64,000 nucleotides of DNA from Candidatus Thorarchaeota archaeon (GTDB lineage Archaea; Asgardarchaeota; Thorarchaeia; Thorarchaeales; Thorarchaeaceae). Positions 39,050-48,124 of this stretch are shown piece after piece. The first letter of the stretch is position 1; each line of letters starts with the position of its first letter. The notes under the pieces are model-generated. The model was not told the origin of the DNA and did no database searches. It saw only the letters and a list, made by a program, of their open reading frames with translations. The stretch is from contig PRDH01000044.1 in NCBI GenBank assembly GCA_003345545.1, forward strand, positions 64,001-128,000, read 5' to 3'. The position numbers and the translations under genes were made by a program.

Positions 39050-39151
39050 GGCCCAGGGGGGGATATTCGAGCATCACAGGATTCGTAATGCCTATCGAAC
39101 CCCCTTCAAGGGAGCCACAATCCCTTATGCTGCCGGTACACCACCTAGGCC
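39050..39151 (-). tRNA. tRNA-His(GUG) with encoded G-1 and 30-nt T-loop intron (39064-39093, position 59/60); CCA not encoded
   Basis: G-GCCTAGG/CCTGGGC-C acceptor, anticodon arm AGGGA-TTGTGGC-TCCCT, T-stem GGGGG/CCCCC; BHB cleavage restores T-loop TTCGATT. Confidence 0.92.
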
Positions 39152-39369
39152 ATGGCTTATCCTTGTCAGGACTCACTCATCCGTTGATAAGGAATTTCTT
39201 ATTAGCTTATCCATCATTTTGCTGTTTCTCTATGCCAAATCTTTATTCTCGCAATACTGCTAAGAATCAGACTGGACAAGATGAAGAATGAAAGCAACAG
39301 ACTGCTTTTTGGACAGCAATATATAAAAAGCCACAATTGAATATTCGGGCAAAATAAACGAAATTCTAG

Positions 39370-40248
39370 GTGAGAGAACTGAGGGAAGTTAGAATCTTGC
39401 TCCCTAAGGAAGTATACAGTCACGGTGAAGTAATCACTGGAATTCTTGAAGTTATGACCGATAAGGAGTTTGATTCAAAGGTAACATCAATAACTTTCAA
39501 TGGAAGAATAAAAGCAACTGCAAAAGGAGTGCCAATAGTTTCTGGAGGTGAGATGCACACACAGATTGGAGAACTAGATACTAATATAGTTGAGAGTACT
39601 ATTGTACTCGCTGAGGATAAACACTATCCTGAGGGGAAGTACACATTCAATTTTTCGTTTGAATTACCTACCTCGAAACATACCTTCCTAGAAAACTTGT
39701 ACATAAAATCCGGGTTGTTCCCCACCCATAAAGGTTCAGCTTCGTCTGTTGAATACATGCTTTATGCAGCTGTTGAAATATCAAGTTTAACGACACTTAA
39801 AGCACAGATTCCTATTACTATAATCGTTCCGCTGGACGAATACCCGAAGGTTGTGAAAAACGAGAAGTCGCTCAAAGATGTTGTATTCCTTGAAACCGAT
39901 TCAGATCTGTTCTGTATTGGAAAACCATATGAAGTTCGATACCGAATCAAAGAAGGGGCAAAGGTCAAAAAAATTCAGTTTGAATTTGTTAACACCGAAT
40001 TTGTTTCTTTGAATCGCCTTGGTGCAATATCATCACATTCGTTGTATGAAACAGAAATAATCCCTCAAGAACGTGTATCTGAGTGGCAAACAATTGTACT
40101 AGAGCCGGATGTTGTAATCCCGCAATCTTTCAAATGTGAGGTTTTAGAAAGCACCCTTCAATTGAACGTTACAGCGGAGTTAGGGAGATTCAACAAAGTC
40201 CAGGTCAAGTTGCATCTGCTTGCTCATCATTGCCCTGATACTGAATGA
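39370..40248 (+). CDS. Arrestin-like (arrestin_N/SpoOM-type) beta-sandwich protein
   Basis: VYSHGEVITGILEV, G.YTFNFSFELP, PT.KG...VEYMLYA; second sandwich ending IPQSF...LQLNV. Confidence 0.72.
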   Translation: MRELREVRILLPKEVYSHGEVITGILEVMTDKEFDSKVTSITFNGRIKATAKGVPIVSGGEMHTQIGELDTNIVESTIVLAEDKHYPEGKYTFNFSFELPTSKHTFLENLYIKSGLFPTHKGSASSVEYMLYAAVEISSLTTLKAQIPITIIVPLDEYPKVVKNEKSLKDVVFLETDSDLFCIGKPYEVRYRIKEGAKVKKIQFEFVNTEFVSLNRLGAISSHSLYETEIIPQERVSEWQTIVLEPDVVIPQSFKCEVLESTLQLNVTAELGRFNKVQVKLHLLAHHCPDTE

Positions 40249-40379
40249 CAATTAGGTTATCAGTGAGTAGTTGTTTTTTCACTTGCATCGTATCCACATG
40301 CTTTCCAAGCAGCCAACATTGCTGGGTTCTTTCTAAGATACTCCTTCTTAACATCTTCTGGAACTTTGTTCATCATACA

Positions 40380-40963
40380 CGATAGATTGACACACCTCGC
40401 GCAGTGCGCTACGAACGGTCTTTGGTGAGATACCGATCTTCTAGGCTATCTCTGAAGTCGCATCAAAGGATTGGATTGCAGTACGCGAAGGACTTTGAGG
40501 TGAAGATGACTAAATTCTCCTGTGAGAGTTTCGTGGTTTGAAAGGACAACATACAAATCGACAGATGCAACTTCTTCTAGATTCCTAAGAAAAGTATTGA
40601 CCTCATGTAACATCTCTGTACCGATGAATTCACGCCATAGAAGGTATGCCCCACCCTTCACAGTAACTATTGTGCCAATATGTCCGATGAGTGGATTGTA
40701 TCCGATTTTTTTTTAACAACATCTGAGGAAAGTTCAGTACCATTTGTAAGAACAATTGCGTGATATGAGTCCGCACCAACTGCCCCAGGAGCATATGTGA
40801 TGAGAAATTGGGAGAGGACATGGCTGTCAATCAAACTATGCAAACGGTTTTTCACTGCATTCGGAGTTAGATTCACAATACGAGCTAGCGCCTCGTAGCT
40901 AATCCGGCAATTTGCATAGGCCATTTGTATGATAGTCCGATCGATGGCATCCAATCTTACCAC
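40380..40963 (-). pseudogene. Frameshifted double-HTH Lrp/AsnC-type regulator
   Basis: LDAIDRTII...RISYEALA HTH; frame breaks at an A9 run (40706-40714), resumes as IGYNPLIG...LHLKVLRVLQSNPLMR, then shifts again into KIGISPKTVRSALR. Confidence 0.65.
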
Positions 40964-41085
40964 AACTTGTTTTTCTTATTCGTTGTTACTAGATGGCTTT
41001 TCCGCTCTGGGCTGTATTTGAAAACCTGAGGTTTAGTAACTTCCAAATAGCAGTGATTTGTTGAGTATGGTGAGGATATGTCACA

Positions 41086-41640
41086 ATGGAGAAGATGATC
41101 TCAGCAGTTGACAAGAAAGCAAGTATGCGCAATCTGGCTGTATTCACCGCCATGAGTCTAGGTATCATGCTAGTCATGTTCTACGTGACACAGATACTGG
41201 TCTACGATGTCTATGGCGAATTCGTCATGCCAGACCTCCGGCTTTCATACAGCATCCTGGATATTCAGACAATCTTCTCACTAGTAGGTCAAGAGGGCAT
41301 GATTGCTTGGGAACAGGTTCACCTGCTTGATTACATACTTCCACTGGCCTACTCACTTGCCATAGCCTTTGGAATCATGTACGAGTTGGGAAGAACGTAT
41401 CCTGAGAGAAACGGTCTGAAGAAACTAGTATTGATCCCGCTTCTTGGATGTATCATGGACTACCTAGAGAACTTGCTCATTCTCTCTCAAATCCTTTCAT
41501 ACCCCAATCTCTCAGAGCCCATCATTATGCTTGCGAGCATTTTCACAACTATGAAATGGATTTCCATGGCCCTAGGTTTCGCTGCAATCTTGGGTTTCTT
41601 TGTGGTCATAGTATACAGGAGAATCTCATCTCGTCAGTAG
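41086..41640 (+). CDS. Membrane protein (about 4 TM)
   Basis: PDLRLSYS, LDYILPLAY, DYLEN motifs. Confidence 0.8.
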   Translation: MEKMISAVDKKASMRNLAVFTAMSLGIMLVMFYVTQILVYDVYGEFVMPDLRLSYSILDIQTIFSLVGQEGMIAWEQVHLLDYILPLAYSLAIAFGIMYELGRTYPERNGLKKLVLIPLLGCIMDYLENLLILSQILSYPNLSEPIIMLASIFTTMKWISMALGFAAILGFFVVIVYRRISSRQ

Positions 41641-41865
41641 TTGAACGAAAGAGCTCTCTCTGTAATGGAGCGACGGGGGACGCCATTTCAGCAGGGACAT
41701 TGGCTTGTATACTGCTGAGAAGGAAGATTTCACTTCAGAGATGAGAGGAAGGGCCGTTTCAAAGTCCAGAAAGCATAACACAGGATGAACACTAATCACT
41801 ACTTTCTTAATACGTAAACATTATACGCTGCAAGACACCGGCCTCGCCAGTCTGGAGCAGATGCA

Positions 41866-43044
41866 ATGTTCGAGGAACAGGGAATGGACAGGGACAAGAT
41901 TCTGGAGATCCTTGACACGCTTTTAGCGAATGATGCCACATATCAGACAGGACGTCCTGTCGCATCCATGTCAACAATACCCCATAGAATAGGTTCAGAG
42001 GTCTTCTCAAAGACACTTGAGAAGAATGCAGGTCGGCTTCATACTTTCAAGGGCTCTGGCAGAGTAGAACAGGAGGTCATTGCGATGATTGGAAACCTCC
42101 TCAACTTGAATACACCCTTTGGCACAACGACTTCGGGTGGGACAGAGTCGAATATACTGGCAATGTTAGCTGCCAGGGAGTCATCGAAGAAGATAACCAG
42201 ACCAGAGATCATTGCACCAAGAACCATCCACTTCTCAGTAGACAAGGCTGCATGGTTGCTCGGAGTCAAGTTGATCAAGACATCTGTCGACAAAGAATAT
42301 CGTGCGATACCGAGGGCAGTGGAGTCCAAAATCACGAAGAATACGGTCGGGATGTTTTGTACAGCGGGTACGACTTACCTCGGACAAGTAGATCCTATCG
42401 ATGAACTGGGCAAAATTGCGCACGACCACGGACTCCCACTTCATGTTGATGCTGCCTTTGGAGCGTTTGTCTTGCCGTTCCTCAAAGATCTTCATGAAAC
42501 AGATATCGAGTTCGATTTCAAAGTGAACGGAGTCACAAGCATCAGCTCTGACCCACACAAGATGGGTCTTGCACCCATTCCTGCAGGGTGTATCATCTTC
42601 AGGGAGCAGCAGTCTCTAAAGGCTATTACCCGGAAAGTGCCATACCTTCAGGGGGCGAGTTCAAAGCAAGCCACCATCCTCGGGACCAGACCAGCGGCAT
42701 CCATTTTGGCAACCTGGGCCGTTATGAAACATCTAGGCAGAGAAGGATATCGAGAAACAGTGAAAGAGTGCATGAGAAGGACACGTATTGCAAAAGATCG
42801 CATCAACAGGAATCCTTTGCTCAGGAGTGCAATAGAGCCTGTCATCAACATCATTGGAATCAAGAGTAAGGAAGTAGCATTGGACACACTTGTGCTCAGA
42901 TTAGAAGCCAAGGGTTGGAGTGTATCTACATCCCCATTTCCGCCAACTCTGAGACTTATCGTGATGCCACATGTGACTGAGGGGGCTCTCAACGCGTTTC
43001 TGAACGATCTCGATGAGGCGGCTACGACGATACCTGCGGAGTAG
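41866..43044 (+). CDS. mfnA: PLP-dependent L-tyrosine/L-aspartate decarboxylase
   Basis: SMSTIPH, TSGGTESN, HFSVDKA, HVDAAFG, DPHKMG, LGTRP. Confidence 0.9.
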   Translation: MFEEQGMDRDKILEILDTLLANDATYQTGRPVASMSTIPHRIGSEVFSKTLEKNAGRLHTFKGSGRVEQEVIAMIGNLLNLNTPFGTTTSGGTESNILAMLAARESSKKITRPEIIAPRTIHFSVDKAAWLLGVKLIKTSVDKEYRAIPRAVESKITKNTVGMFCTAGTTYLGQVDPIDELGKIAHDHGLPLHVDAAFGAFVLPFLKDLHETDIEFDFKVNGVTSISSDPHKMGLAPIPAGCIIFREQQSLKAITRKVPYLQGASSKQATILGTRPAASILATWAVMKHLGREGYRETVKECMRRTRIAKDRINRNPLLRSAIEPVINIIGIKSKEVALDTLVLRLEAKGWSVSTSPFPPTLRLIVMPHVTEGALNAFLNDLDEAATTIPAE

Positions 43045-43052
43045 AATGATCG

Positions 43053-43397
43053 CTACGCGGACTTGATGGATTCCAACTCCTCTTCTAACCCGATAATGCG
43101 CTCATTGAGCTCGAGCATAGTGTTCAACAAAAGAGAAACAAGATAGCCATAGTTGACCACGTACTTGTTCTCCTTTCGGTCGATTATGTTTGCTTCCTCG
43201 AGTCTCCGTGCCGCGTTCGTTATGGACTGCTTCGAAACTTTTCGCTCATTAACAAGTTGGTCGACAGTCTTTCTGACTTCTCTGGGCTCAACAGGTTCGC
43301 CTTTCAGACTGTTGAGAAGGCTATGGAGAACCATTAGACCAGCACTCATCCGTGGATTGGCAAGTTTCACAAAGGCAACATCAAGATCAAGTACCAT
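43053..43397 (-). CDS. Winged-helix protein with C-terminal coiled coil
   Basis: SKQSITNAARRLEEANII HTH; heptad tail. Confidence 0.65.
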   Translation of the reverse strand: MVLDLDVAFVKLANPRMSAGLMVLHSLLNSLKGEPVEPREVRKTVDQLVNERKVSKQSITNAARRLEEANIIDRKENKYVVNYGYLVSLLLNTMLELNERIIGLEEELESIKSA

Positions 43398-43587
43398 GCA
43401 TTCGCTCCTACACGCAGGTTCGTGTGGATGTGGTAAACGCTTGGTCCGTGAAAAAGATTATCCTTAGCTATTGAAGCCCCTGAGGCCTCTTGGTACAAGT
43501 GAAAAAGAGTAAACGTTTACCATACTTGCGGATATTACAAAAGAAACATATGATGGTAGACAAGTCATTCTGTGAGTGTGACTCGTA

Positions 43588-44262
43588 GTGGTTGCTGACA
43601 TGGATCGGATTGTCTTCGTTTCCGTGATTCATACGGATTTGGAGAGTGTTGAACACGCACGACAGGTTGTTCGCGATACAAGACCTGACGTCGTAGCAGT
43701 TGAGCTCGACCACGACCGATATCAACAACTCGTCAATCCTCCTGATATCCGGACTGGCAACCTTCCTCCTATGACAGGGAACAGCGCTCAAGACCTTATG
43801 CAGCAACTGGCAGTCCTAGAGAAGAGTCTTGGAGAGATGACTGGGTCGAATATTGGAGATGAGATGCTCGCAGCCATTGAAGAAGGTCGTGCTGTCGGAG
43901 CGAAGATTGCGCTGGTCGACAGGCCAATGCAGGTAACGATTCAGGCAATGATGAAAGTTCCACTTAGTGAGCTCTATGGACTGACAAATATCTTGCCAGA
44001 AGCAACAAAGGACATCGAGGGCAGTGGAGCCTCGCATATGTTGGAGATGCTCAAGGAGGAGGGAGCTGTCGAGGATATTATGAAGCAGTTCCAGATTGAA
44101 TTTCCAGGTCTCGCCCGGGTCTTGATTGAAGAGAGGGACCTGTATGTTGCTAAGGCACTCCGCTTCATCCTCAATGATGTGAAAGGCAACATCGTGGTCG
44201 TACTTGGAGCGGGGCACGTACAAGGAGTCAAAGCAGCCTTGGATAGACTCTGCGCGTCCTAG
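43588..44262 (+). CDS. TraB/PrgY-domain protein
   Basis: PDVVAVELD..R, G.EMLAAI, LVDR, ERDLY, VVVLGAGH. Confidence 0.88.
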   Translation: MVADMDRIVFVSVIHTDLESVEHARQVVRDTRPDVVAVELDHDRYQQLVNPPDIRTGNLPPMTGNSAQDLMQQLAVLEKSLGEMTGSNIGDEMLAAIEEGRAVGAKIALVDRPMQVTIQAMMKVPLSELYGLTNILPEATKDIEGSGASHMLEMLKEEGAVEDIMKQFQIEFPGLARVLIEERDLYVAKALRFILNDVKGNIVVVLGAGHVQGVKAALDRLCAS

Positions 44263-44924
44263 AAACCCAGAGCCTTCAGGAGATTGTCGACACCGTCTCC
44301 TGTCTTCGAACTCACTCTGAATACCGGCAAATCAGCATCTACTTCGCGAATATCCCTTACAAGTGCATCTACATCGAACTCCAGAATGTCAGCTAGATCA
44401 ATTTTGTTGATGACAACCATATCGGCTCGCTTGATAGTCAGAGGATGTTTTCTTACCATGTAAGGCCCTTCGGTCACACTGACAACGACTATCTTCTTGT
44501 CAGCACCGAGAGAGTATCCTGCTGGACAAATCAGATTGCCAACATTCTCAATGAATACGACATCGTACTTCGAGAGATCTACATCATCGAGGGCAACACG
44601 GATCATTCTTGCATCAAGATGACATGCAGTCCCGGTATTGATTTGGACTGTGTCGATTTCATGAGACCCGACCCGATCTGCATCAATAGTGGTTGCGAGG
44701 TCGCCGGCCACCATCAGGATTTGACGTCTTCCACGTAGACGGTCACAGAGAGCCTCTATTAGCTGAGTCTTCCCGGTTCCAACTGAGCCCATTATGTCGA
44801 GGACAACCAGCCCGTGCTCTCTGAACTTCTTCTTGTTCAATGCAGCAGCGTCCTCATTTGCGCCGAAAAGATCCTTTCGTATGTCTATTCCCACAGTCTT
44901 GTGCTTCTTAGGTGATCCAGTCAT
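44259..44924 (-). CDS. hypB: Hydrogenase nickel incorporation GTPase HypB
   Basis: GSVGTGKT, TGTACHLDA, ENVGNLICP, SVTEG, NKIDL. Confidence 0.93.
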   Translation of the reverse strand: MTGSPKKHKTVGIDIRKDLFGANEDAAALNKKKFREHGLVVLDIMGSVGTGKTQLIEALCDRLRGRRQILMVAGDLATTIDADRVGSHEIDTVQINTGTACHLDARMIRVALDDVDLSKYDVVFIENVGNLICPAGYSLGADKKIVVVSVTEGPYMVRKHPLTIKRADMVVINKIDLADILEFDVDALVRDIREVDADLPVFRVSSKTGDGVDNLLKALGF

Positions 44925-44930
44925 ATTGAA

Positions 44931-45506
44931 TTACGCCTCTTTTCTGTCTAATTCCTCAGTTTTCATTTCAGAGTAGATGTAAGGTCCCACAATGGGACGG
45001 ATAATCTTCTTCTCCACTACAAGAGCCATGGCAGCCCAAAGGAAAGCCTGAATCATATCGATCGTAGCCGCTATCAGATTGACGACAAGAGAATCCACAA
45101 GTGACGAGAACACGGTCATGGTCGGGATGAAACCACCGATGATTCCACTACCCAGTAACACCAATGCGTAGTATCTCATGGTGTCACGCCTGACGAAATA
45201 AATGACACAACCAGATCCAACGCCAAGGCAGATGTTCCCGAACATAGGAAGAAGTGGTACTTCTGAACCAGATAGAGCGCCTGATGCTCCGACTATTGCT
45301 CCAACTGTGATACCTCCTGGTAGTCCACCAACAATGCCTCCTAAGAGTGAGAACATGAAACCAGGTGTCAGAACAACTGCATTGGGTATCACAGGTATCT
45401 GGACTGTATATCGAACGACAATGCCGAGAGCCGCTATGACAGCTAGGGTCGTGAGTGCCACAGTGTTTCGTCTAACAGGTAAGAAGGTCATGGGCTCTCT
45501 CCTCAA
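44931..45506 (-). CDS. ECF-transporter S-component-like membrane protein
   Basis: About 6 TM, AVIAAL, GIVGGLPGGITVG. Confidence 0.65.
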   Translation of the reverse strand: MRREPMTFLPVRRNTVALTTLAVIAALGIVVRYTVQIPVIPNAVVLTPGFMFSLLGGIVGGLPGGITVGAIVGASGALSGSEVPLLPMFGNICLGVGSGCVIYFVRRDTMRYYALVLLGSGIIGGFIPTMTVFSSLVDSLVVNLIAATIDMIQAFLWAAMALVVEKKIIRPIVGPYIYSEMKTEELDRKEA

Positions 45507-45518
45507 TTGCCGGATTGA

Positions 45519-45893
45519 CTAGAGCGTCTGCGTCCAGCTCTCCAACAAGAACCTTCTGGTTGCCTTGTACCAGTCCTCCAGTCGGGCAAGAATCTGTTCT
45601 TTGACTGCCTCTGCGGATGTTGCAGTATACTCGAAGAAATATCCACCGCGTTCTATTCGGTGTGATTCACGGTCTACGAGTCCCTTAGAGTGGAGTCTAT
45701 TCAGAACTCTCTGGACAGAACTTCTATCCTTCCCAATCCTCTCTGCAATCTGCTCAACTGTCTTCGATCCAGATATTAGTGAGAAATAGACATCGAGTTC
45801 GCTATTCCTGAGACCAAATGCACAGCAAAGGAGGTCGGACGGCTTCTCAAAGCTCTTTTGAAACAGACCCACCAGAGGATTCGACGCGTTCAT
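45519..45893 (-). CDS. TrmB-like HTH transcriptional regulator
   Basis: LLCCAFGL...ELDVY..L, TVEQIAERIGKDRSSVQRVL..L, GG..FEY. Confidence 0.85.
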   Translation of the reverse strand: MNASNPLVGLFQKSFEKPSDLLCCAFGLRNSELDVYFSLISGSKTVEQIAERIGKDRSSVQRVLNRLHSKGLVDRESHRIERGGYFFEYTATSAEAVKEQILARLEDWYKATRRFLLESWTQTL

Positions 45894-46010
45894 TGTAGTT
45901 CGAAAGGGGGAAATTTCAAGATAAGGGTTGTGCAAAGACTGTGCACAGACGGTCGTGATAATACTTCGGTTCAAAAGGTCTTGATTCATCTCCCAGATGG
46001 TGCACCTCAC

Positions 46011-46466
46011 TTGGAATTCAATTCATATCGGGACGACCGCGAAGATGACCAGTGGACACGAAGAGAGATTCCTGAAAGGCGCATTCAACCAGTCAATCTT
46101 GCACCCTTGAAGGGTGCGATAGAGGCGGATCCCGTCAGGTCGAGAGTTCTGAAAGTCCTGGTTGAGGACGGATCGTGGGTCACCACAGCGGACCTACTCA
46201 GGGCAGCCAGGCAGGAGAGAGCCATTGTTGGGGCAGTCACAATCGGGACTATCCTCAACGGCCTCAATGAGCTCGTATCATCGAGGCTCATCATCAGTAG
46301 GACATCACTCACGTCTGGCATTGATTGGGCAGAGTGGCGAATCAATCCGGATTGGCTTGAGCCTACTCGAAAGCTGCTGCAGATGCTAAATCGTCCCAAG
46401 TTTCAATCAGCAAGCTCTGAAGACTTTGTAGGAAAGGCAGAGCGACTACTCAGTGACACAACCTAA
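46011..46466 (+). CDS. Hypothetical winged-helix-like protein
   Basis: DPVRSRVLKVL...TTADL; start uncertain (TTG 46011). Confidence 0.55.
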   Translation: MEFNSYRDDREDDQWTRREIPERRIQPVNLAPLKGAIEADPVRSRVLKVLVEDGSWVTTADLLRAARQERAIVGAVTIGTILNGLNELVSSRLIISRTSLTSGIDWAEWRINPDWLEPTRKLLQMLNRPKFQSASSEDFVGKAERLLSDTT

Positions 46467-46497
46467 TATTCACTCATTATTGAGTAGTTAATAGAGA

Positions 46498-47187
46498 ATG
46501 GGTATATTAATAAAGAAGGTATCAAGTCAGAGGCCTATGGTAGATGCCAAAGTCGATGAATTCTCAGATACTGGTGCGGAGAGGTCGGCAGCTGATTCCG
46601 AACTCGAACTCACTAAATCTGTAGAAACCAGTGAACGCACGAAGAAAATCGCTGTCGGAGCTGTGCTGGCGGCATTGTCCGTAGCTGTGGCACCATCAGT
46701 AGGATTCATAGCTCGAATGGCGGGATGGGGCATAGCACTTTTCGACCATGTCTCTTTGTTCTGGATGGTATCGTTTGTGATAGGAGGGCCGTTAGTTGGT
46801 GCAATCAGCCTAGTAGCCGGTGCAATGGCCTTGTTCCCCTTTGATCCGTTTGCTCCGTTTGGCCCGATTTTCAAACTGGTGGCTACATTTCCAATGATGG
46901 CGATTCCATGGTTCGGTGTTCATCGATTAAGGAAGGAGATAGGAGGAGAGGCGCTGTCCAAACGAAGGTTCTATGCTACACTCATGGTGATAGCATTTCT
47001 TGTTCGCATGGCATTGATGATACCTATCAATCTCGTCTATGCGTCCATATTTATTCCCGATTGGGAAGTCAGCTATATTCTAACATTCGTAATAATACTG
47101 AACTCATTTCAGAGTTTCTGGGATGCCACGATTCCGTTTATCATTGTACATTCAACGGGAGTGTTCAAGTATTTCAAAATGTGGTAG
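46498..47187 (+). CDS. ECF S-component-like membrane protein
   Basis: KKIAVGAVLAALS, GGPLVG, multiple TM helices. Confidence 0.7.
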   Translation: MGILIKKVSSQRPMVDAKVDEFSDTGAERSAADSELELTKSVETSERTKKIAVGAVLAALSVAVAPSVGFIARMAGWGIALFDHVSLFWMVSFVIGGPLVGAISLVAGAMALFPFDPFAPFGPIFKLVATFPMMAIPWFGVHRLRKEIGGEALSKRRFYATLMVIAFLVRMALMIPINLVYASIFIPDWEVSYILTFVIILNSFQSFWDATIPFIIVHSTGVFKYFKMW

Positions 47188-47280
47188 GTAGAACAGGTAT
47201 AGAACAACCGGCATTCGCTTAAATAGACACAGGCAATATTGAGGGTCAGAGATAACCCGCTCTATGTTGGTGTTTGGGTT

Positions 47281-48120
47281 ATGGTACGACGCTGTGAGTT
47301 CTGTGATAGCCCAGTTCCAGCTGATGCTACGGTATGCCCAGTCTGTAGAGAGAATATTGCTGAAGAATCAGTAGAAAGACTCCTTCCTCTACTGAAACGG
47401 CCAGAACGCAAAGAAGTCCGGTTCATGAGCATCCGTGAACGGTTGTGGGGTGTTTTACGAAGACCATCAGCAACATACCGTGATATTGGTCAGAGACCGG
47501 ACGCAGCAGGACCATTCATCATCATCATAATGAATGCTGTTGTTATGATGGGACTGTTCCTGGGATTATCTTCCAAGGTAAATACCCTAGTCGTCTTGAA
47601 TGGGACTTCTGGTGAGACTGCAGAGGTCAGTGTCTTGCTCAGTCAAAGCGGGTTATCATTCGGTCTAGCAGCGATAGTTGGAATAATGCCAGGGATAATG
47701 CTGGGCATTATCTATCTCATCATTGGGACAGCCTTTGCTCATTTCGCATTCAAGTTGACCGGTGGCTCGGGAGGAAGGATGAAGACACTATCAATTGTCG
47801 GATACAGCATATTTCCAGTTGTTCTCATTCGCCTCTTGTCAATTCTCATGATTTTCATTCTGGTTCCGTCCTATCCGACTCTTGTGGATCTCAGCAACCC
47901 ATCTTCTATCTCGGCAATTGCGCAGAGCCTTGTGACTTGGGCGTATGATTTGAACATCTGGCGGATAATCGACGTGATGACGACAGGAGCAATGGTTTGG
48001 ACAGGCTTTCTGCTGATTTTTGGCATTAGAGAGGCTCACAACACTTCAACGAAGTGGGCTGTCGTTGTTGCCATCATTTGCACGATTATCTTGGGATGGA
48101 CATTTTGGCAGGTACACTAG
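47281..48120 (+). CDS. Zinc-ribbon + Yip1-domain membrane protein
   Basis: CEFC...CPVC; GVLRRPSATY, GG.G...TLSIVGYS..P, GIREAH. Confidence 0.8.
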   Translation: MVRRCEFCDSPVPADATVCPVCRENIAEESVERLLPLLKRPERKEVRFMSIRERLWGVLRRPSATYRDIGQRPDAAGPFIIIIMNAVVMMGLFLGLSSKVNTLVVLNGTSGETAEVSVLLSQSGLSFGLAAIVGIMPGIMLGIIYLIIGTAFAHFAFKLTGGSGGRMKTLSIVGYSIFPVVLIRLLSILMIFILVPSYPTLVDLSNPSSISAIAQSLVTWAYDLNIWRIIDVMTTGAMVWTGFLLIFGIREAHNTSTKWAVVVAIICTIILGWTFWQVH

Positions 48121-48124
48121 GTGC

